64,000 nucleotides of DNA, taken from Bryobacter sp. (GTDB lineage: Bacteria > Acidobacteriota > Terriglobia > Bryobacterales > Bryobacteraceae). Below the pieces are notes generated by a model, which made no database searches, was not told where the DNA came from, and saw only the letters and a program-made list of their open reading frames with translations. Every line of letters starts with the position of its first letter. Within the stretch, counting starts at the first letter, position 1. Location of the stretch: contig JALHNI010000009.1 of NCBI GenBank assembly GCA_022843605.1, forward strand, positions 11,704 to 75,703, written 5' to 3'. A program made the position numbers and the translations under genes. Shown one piece after another: positions 61,767-64,000 of the stretch.

Positions 61767-63508
61767 AGCCGCTGCTTTTGTTGTTCGCGGCTTCCAGCCT
61801 TTTCGGCCAATCGGCGGATCCTGTCCTCCGTATCCTGTCGCAGGAGATGGAGCGCTCGCGTGGACTCCGCATTGCCGGTGGCAGCGATGTCCCCTATTTC
61901 TTCGAGTACAGTGTCGACGACGTGCGCAGCTACACCCTGAGCGCCACGCTGGGCGGGGTGATCGATGAGAACCGAAATCGGATGCGAATTCCCCAAGTGC
62001 GGGTGCGGGTTGGCGATTATAACTTCGATAACTCGAACTACGTGCTCTCCGATGCCAATTTCGCCGCCCGCTATGACGCCGGGATGTTGCCACAGGATGA
62101 CAACCCGATGGCGCTTCGTCAGCAACTCTGGCTGATGACGGATCGCACGTTCAAGAATGCTCTGGAAAGCATCGGTCGGAAGCGATCGGCGATGCGCAGT
62201 GTCAATGCCGTCACGGAGCCCGTTCCGGATTTCTGGAAGGCCGAACCCGTCAAGCTCGCGCTGAGTTCGAATGCGCCCGCGCTTGATGAAGCGGCCTGGA
62301 AAAAGCGTGTTATTGCAGCGTCGTCTCGCTTCGGCGCTTTCCCGGCGGTGATTTCTTCGCTGGTGGAACTCGAGAGCATCGTGAATACCTCGTACCTGGT
62401 GAATTCCGAGGGTACGGAAGTGAAGTACCCCGACAATATTCACTACATTCGGATTCGTGCATCCGGCCTGGCGCCGGACGGTTCCACCGTGCGCGATCAC
62501 GCCGTGTTTCATGCGATCGACCCGGCGCGCCTGCCGAGCGAGGCGGATCTCAACCAGGCGATCGATGCGGTCGGCCGGAACTTGACCGCCTTAGCGGCGG
62601 CACCGACGGGAGAACAGTACTCCGGGCCGGTATTGTTTGAGGGAATCTCCGGCGCACAGCTTTTTGCCGAGGTGCTGGCCTCGCAGCTTTTCTTGCCTCG
62701 CCGTCCGGTTGCCAATGCCGGACAGAGCAACCGCTTTACACCTTCGGAGCTCGAAGGCCGTTTGGGCTCCCGTATTCTCCCGACTTCCTTCACGGTGGTT
62801 GATGATCCGACCCAGACCGAGTTTCGCGGTCAGAGTCTGCTGGGCAGTTATCCCGTCGACGGCGAAGGCGTGGTGCCCGCGCCGGTTACGGTCATCGAGA
62901 AGGGCATCTTCAAGACCCCCTTGCTCACTCGCCAGCCGATTCCCGGTTTCACGGCTTCGAATGGCCGTGGGCGGCTGCCGGGCAGCAACGGCCACCGGAT
63001 GGGCGCGCTTAGCAACATTTTCGTAAAAACCACCGAAAATGCCCCTGCCGCAGATCTCAGAAAGCAACTTCTCGAGACCGTGAAGCAGCGGAGTAAACCG
63101 TTTGGCATCCTGGTGCGCCGTATGGACTATCCGTCTTCGGCGGGCGGAGACGAATTGCGGCGTTTAGCAGTAAGCCTGGGTGCCAACGCCTCGGGCAACG
63201 TCCTCAGCTCTCCCCTGCTGGTCTATCGTGTTTATCCGGACGGCAGGGAAGAATTGGTGAGGGGCCTCCGTTTTCGGGGGCTGAACTTGCGCACGCTGAA
63301 AGACATCACTTCGGCGTCGAATGAACTCTACCAGTTTGACTTCATCGGCAATCGAGCGCCGTTTGCGCTGATGGGCGTGGGCGGCTACGTCTTCCCGGCT
63401 TCCGTTGTCGCTCCGGCCTTGTTTTTTGAGGACCTGGAACTTGAGCTACCGCAGGTCGAGGTGCCTCGGCCGCCCACCGTGCCTCCACCGCCATTTAGCA
63501 CCAGATAA
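61763..63508 (+). CDS. Signal-peptide-bearing PmbA/TldE-like partner protein (TldD/PmbA family, no HExxxH seen)
   Basis: ATGA overlap with the upstream TldD-like gene, signal peptide 'MKPLLLLFAASSLFGQ', and parallel sequence blocks ('RILPTSFTVVDDP', 'YPVDGEGV', 'GFTASNGRGR'). Confidence 0.7.
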   Translation: MKPLLLLFAASSLFGQSADPVLRILSQEMERSRGLRIAGGSDVPYFFEYSVDDVRSYTLSATLGGVIDENRNRMRIPQVRVRVGDYNFDNSNYVLSDANFAARYDAGMLPQDDNPMALRQQLWLMTDRTFKNALESIGRKRSAMRSVNAVTEPVPDFWKAEPVKLALSSNAPALDEAAWKKRVIAASSRFGAFPAVISSLVELESIVNTSYLVNSEGTEVKYPDNIHYIRIRASGLAPDGSTVRDHAVFHAIDPARLPSEADLNQAIDAVGRNLTALAAAPTGEQYSGPVLFEGISGAQLFAEVLASQLFLPRRPVANAGQSNRFTPSELEGRLGSRILPTSFTVVDDPTQTEFRGQSLLGSYPVDGEGVVPAPVTVIEKGIFKTPLLTRQPIPGFTASNGRGRLPGSNGHRMGALSNIFVKTTENAPAADLRKQLLETVKQRSKPFGILVRRMDYPSSAGGDELRRLAVSLGANASGNVLSSPLLVYRVYPDGREELVRGLRFRGLNLRTLKDITSASNELYQFDFIGNRAPFALMGVGGYVFPASVVAPALFFEDLELELPQVEVPRPPTVPPPPFSTR

Positions 63509-63514
63509 AGCATC

Positions 63515-64000
63515 TTGAGCATTCTCAGCCGCGCCGTTTTCCGCGAAGTCGCCACCAGCGCCCTGCTGGGAACGGTCCTCTTTACCTTCATCCTGTTGTT
63601 GCGCAGCCTTGGCAAACTTGCCGAGCAATTGGTGCGGGGTTCGGCGTCGCCGGAGACGGTGGCCTACCTGTCGGGACTGGTGTTTATCCCCACGTTGACC
63701 TTTGCCGTGCCAGTGGGCGTGCTGGTTGGCATCCTGATTGGCCTGAGCCGGCAAGCCAGCGACAACGAGATCACCGCGATGCGCGCTTCCGGCGTCTCCG
63801 CCCGGCGGCTCTTGTGGCCGGTGATGACTTTCGCTCTGCTGGGCTTTTTGATTGCCGGGGGCGCGAGTTTGTGGCTGACCCCGTGGTCAATTCGCGAAAC
63901 TGGCCGAATCATCAACGAATTGGCAGCCGTGCAACTCACTGCCGAGATTCAGGAGCGGGTGTTCGACGAGCAGTTCCCGAACATGATTCTGTACGTGGGC
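63515..64000 (+). CDS. LptF/LptG-family (YjgP/YjgQ) permease, 5' part (runs off window)
   Basis: A TTG start gives 'SILSRAVFREVATSALLGTVLFTFILLLRSL...EITAMRASGVS...LWLTPW', which is the typical LptF/G N-terminus. The frame is open to the window end and is not in the ORF track because there is no stop. Confidence 0.7.
   Translation, partial: MSILSRAVFREVATSALLGTVLFTFILLLRSLGKLAEQLVRGSASPETVAYLSGLVFIPTLTFAVPVGVLVGILIGLSRQASDNEITAMRASGVSARRLLWPVMTFALLGFLIAGGASLWLTPWSIRETGRIINELAAVQLTAEIQERVFDEQFPNMILYVG

Overview
GC-rich bacterial chromosomal window, almost fully coding, with about 45 genes. I saw no rRNA, tRNA, CRISPR array or intact mobile element. The gene content suggests an Acidobacteria (Solibacter/Bryobacter-like) or Planctomycete-like genome. 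This is inference from two PSCyt/DUF1549/DUF1553 + DUF1501 gene pairs, a PEP-CTERM protein, and a PF07638-type ECF sigma factor coupled to a Ser/Thr kinase with TPR repeats. Housekeeping anchors are yceD-rpmF-plsX, dnaG-rpoD, a DsbD-type disulfide reductase and a partial LptF/G permease at the 3' edge. The accessory modules worth a second look are: (1) a GntR-controlled RuBisCO-like protein + DUF1537 acid-sugar kinase + dehydrogenase operon; (2) an uncharacterised amidoligase-type cluster (fused circularly permuted ATP-grasp/alpha-E protein, small transglutaminase, giant DUF2126 transglutaminase) that is split by a visibly lower-GC stress-protein island (DUF892, BON, glycine-zipper protein); (3) an ECF sigma/Ser-Thr kinase operon divergent from a PEP-CTERM protein and a 2391-aa Sec-signal CARDB/FG-GAP/Ig-like/RHS protein, which ends in an unrecognisable 113-aa C-terminal tip with no obvious immunity gene; (4) an orphan CpaE/TadZ-like ATPase divergent from an atypical LuxR regulator and a signal-peptide-bearing TldD/PmbA pair; (5) a TPR gene that reads through only if three frameshifts are allowed. 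Many long antisense and alternative-frame ORFs in the track are treated as GC-rich artefacts. All family calls come from motif recognition by eye, and no database search was run.
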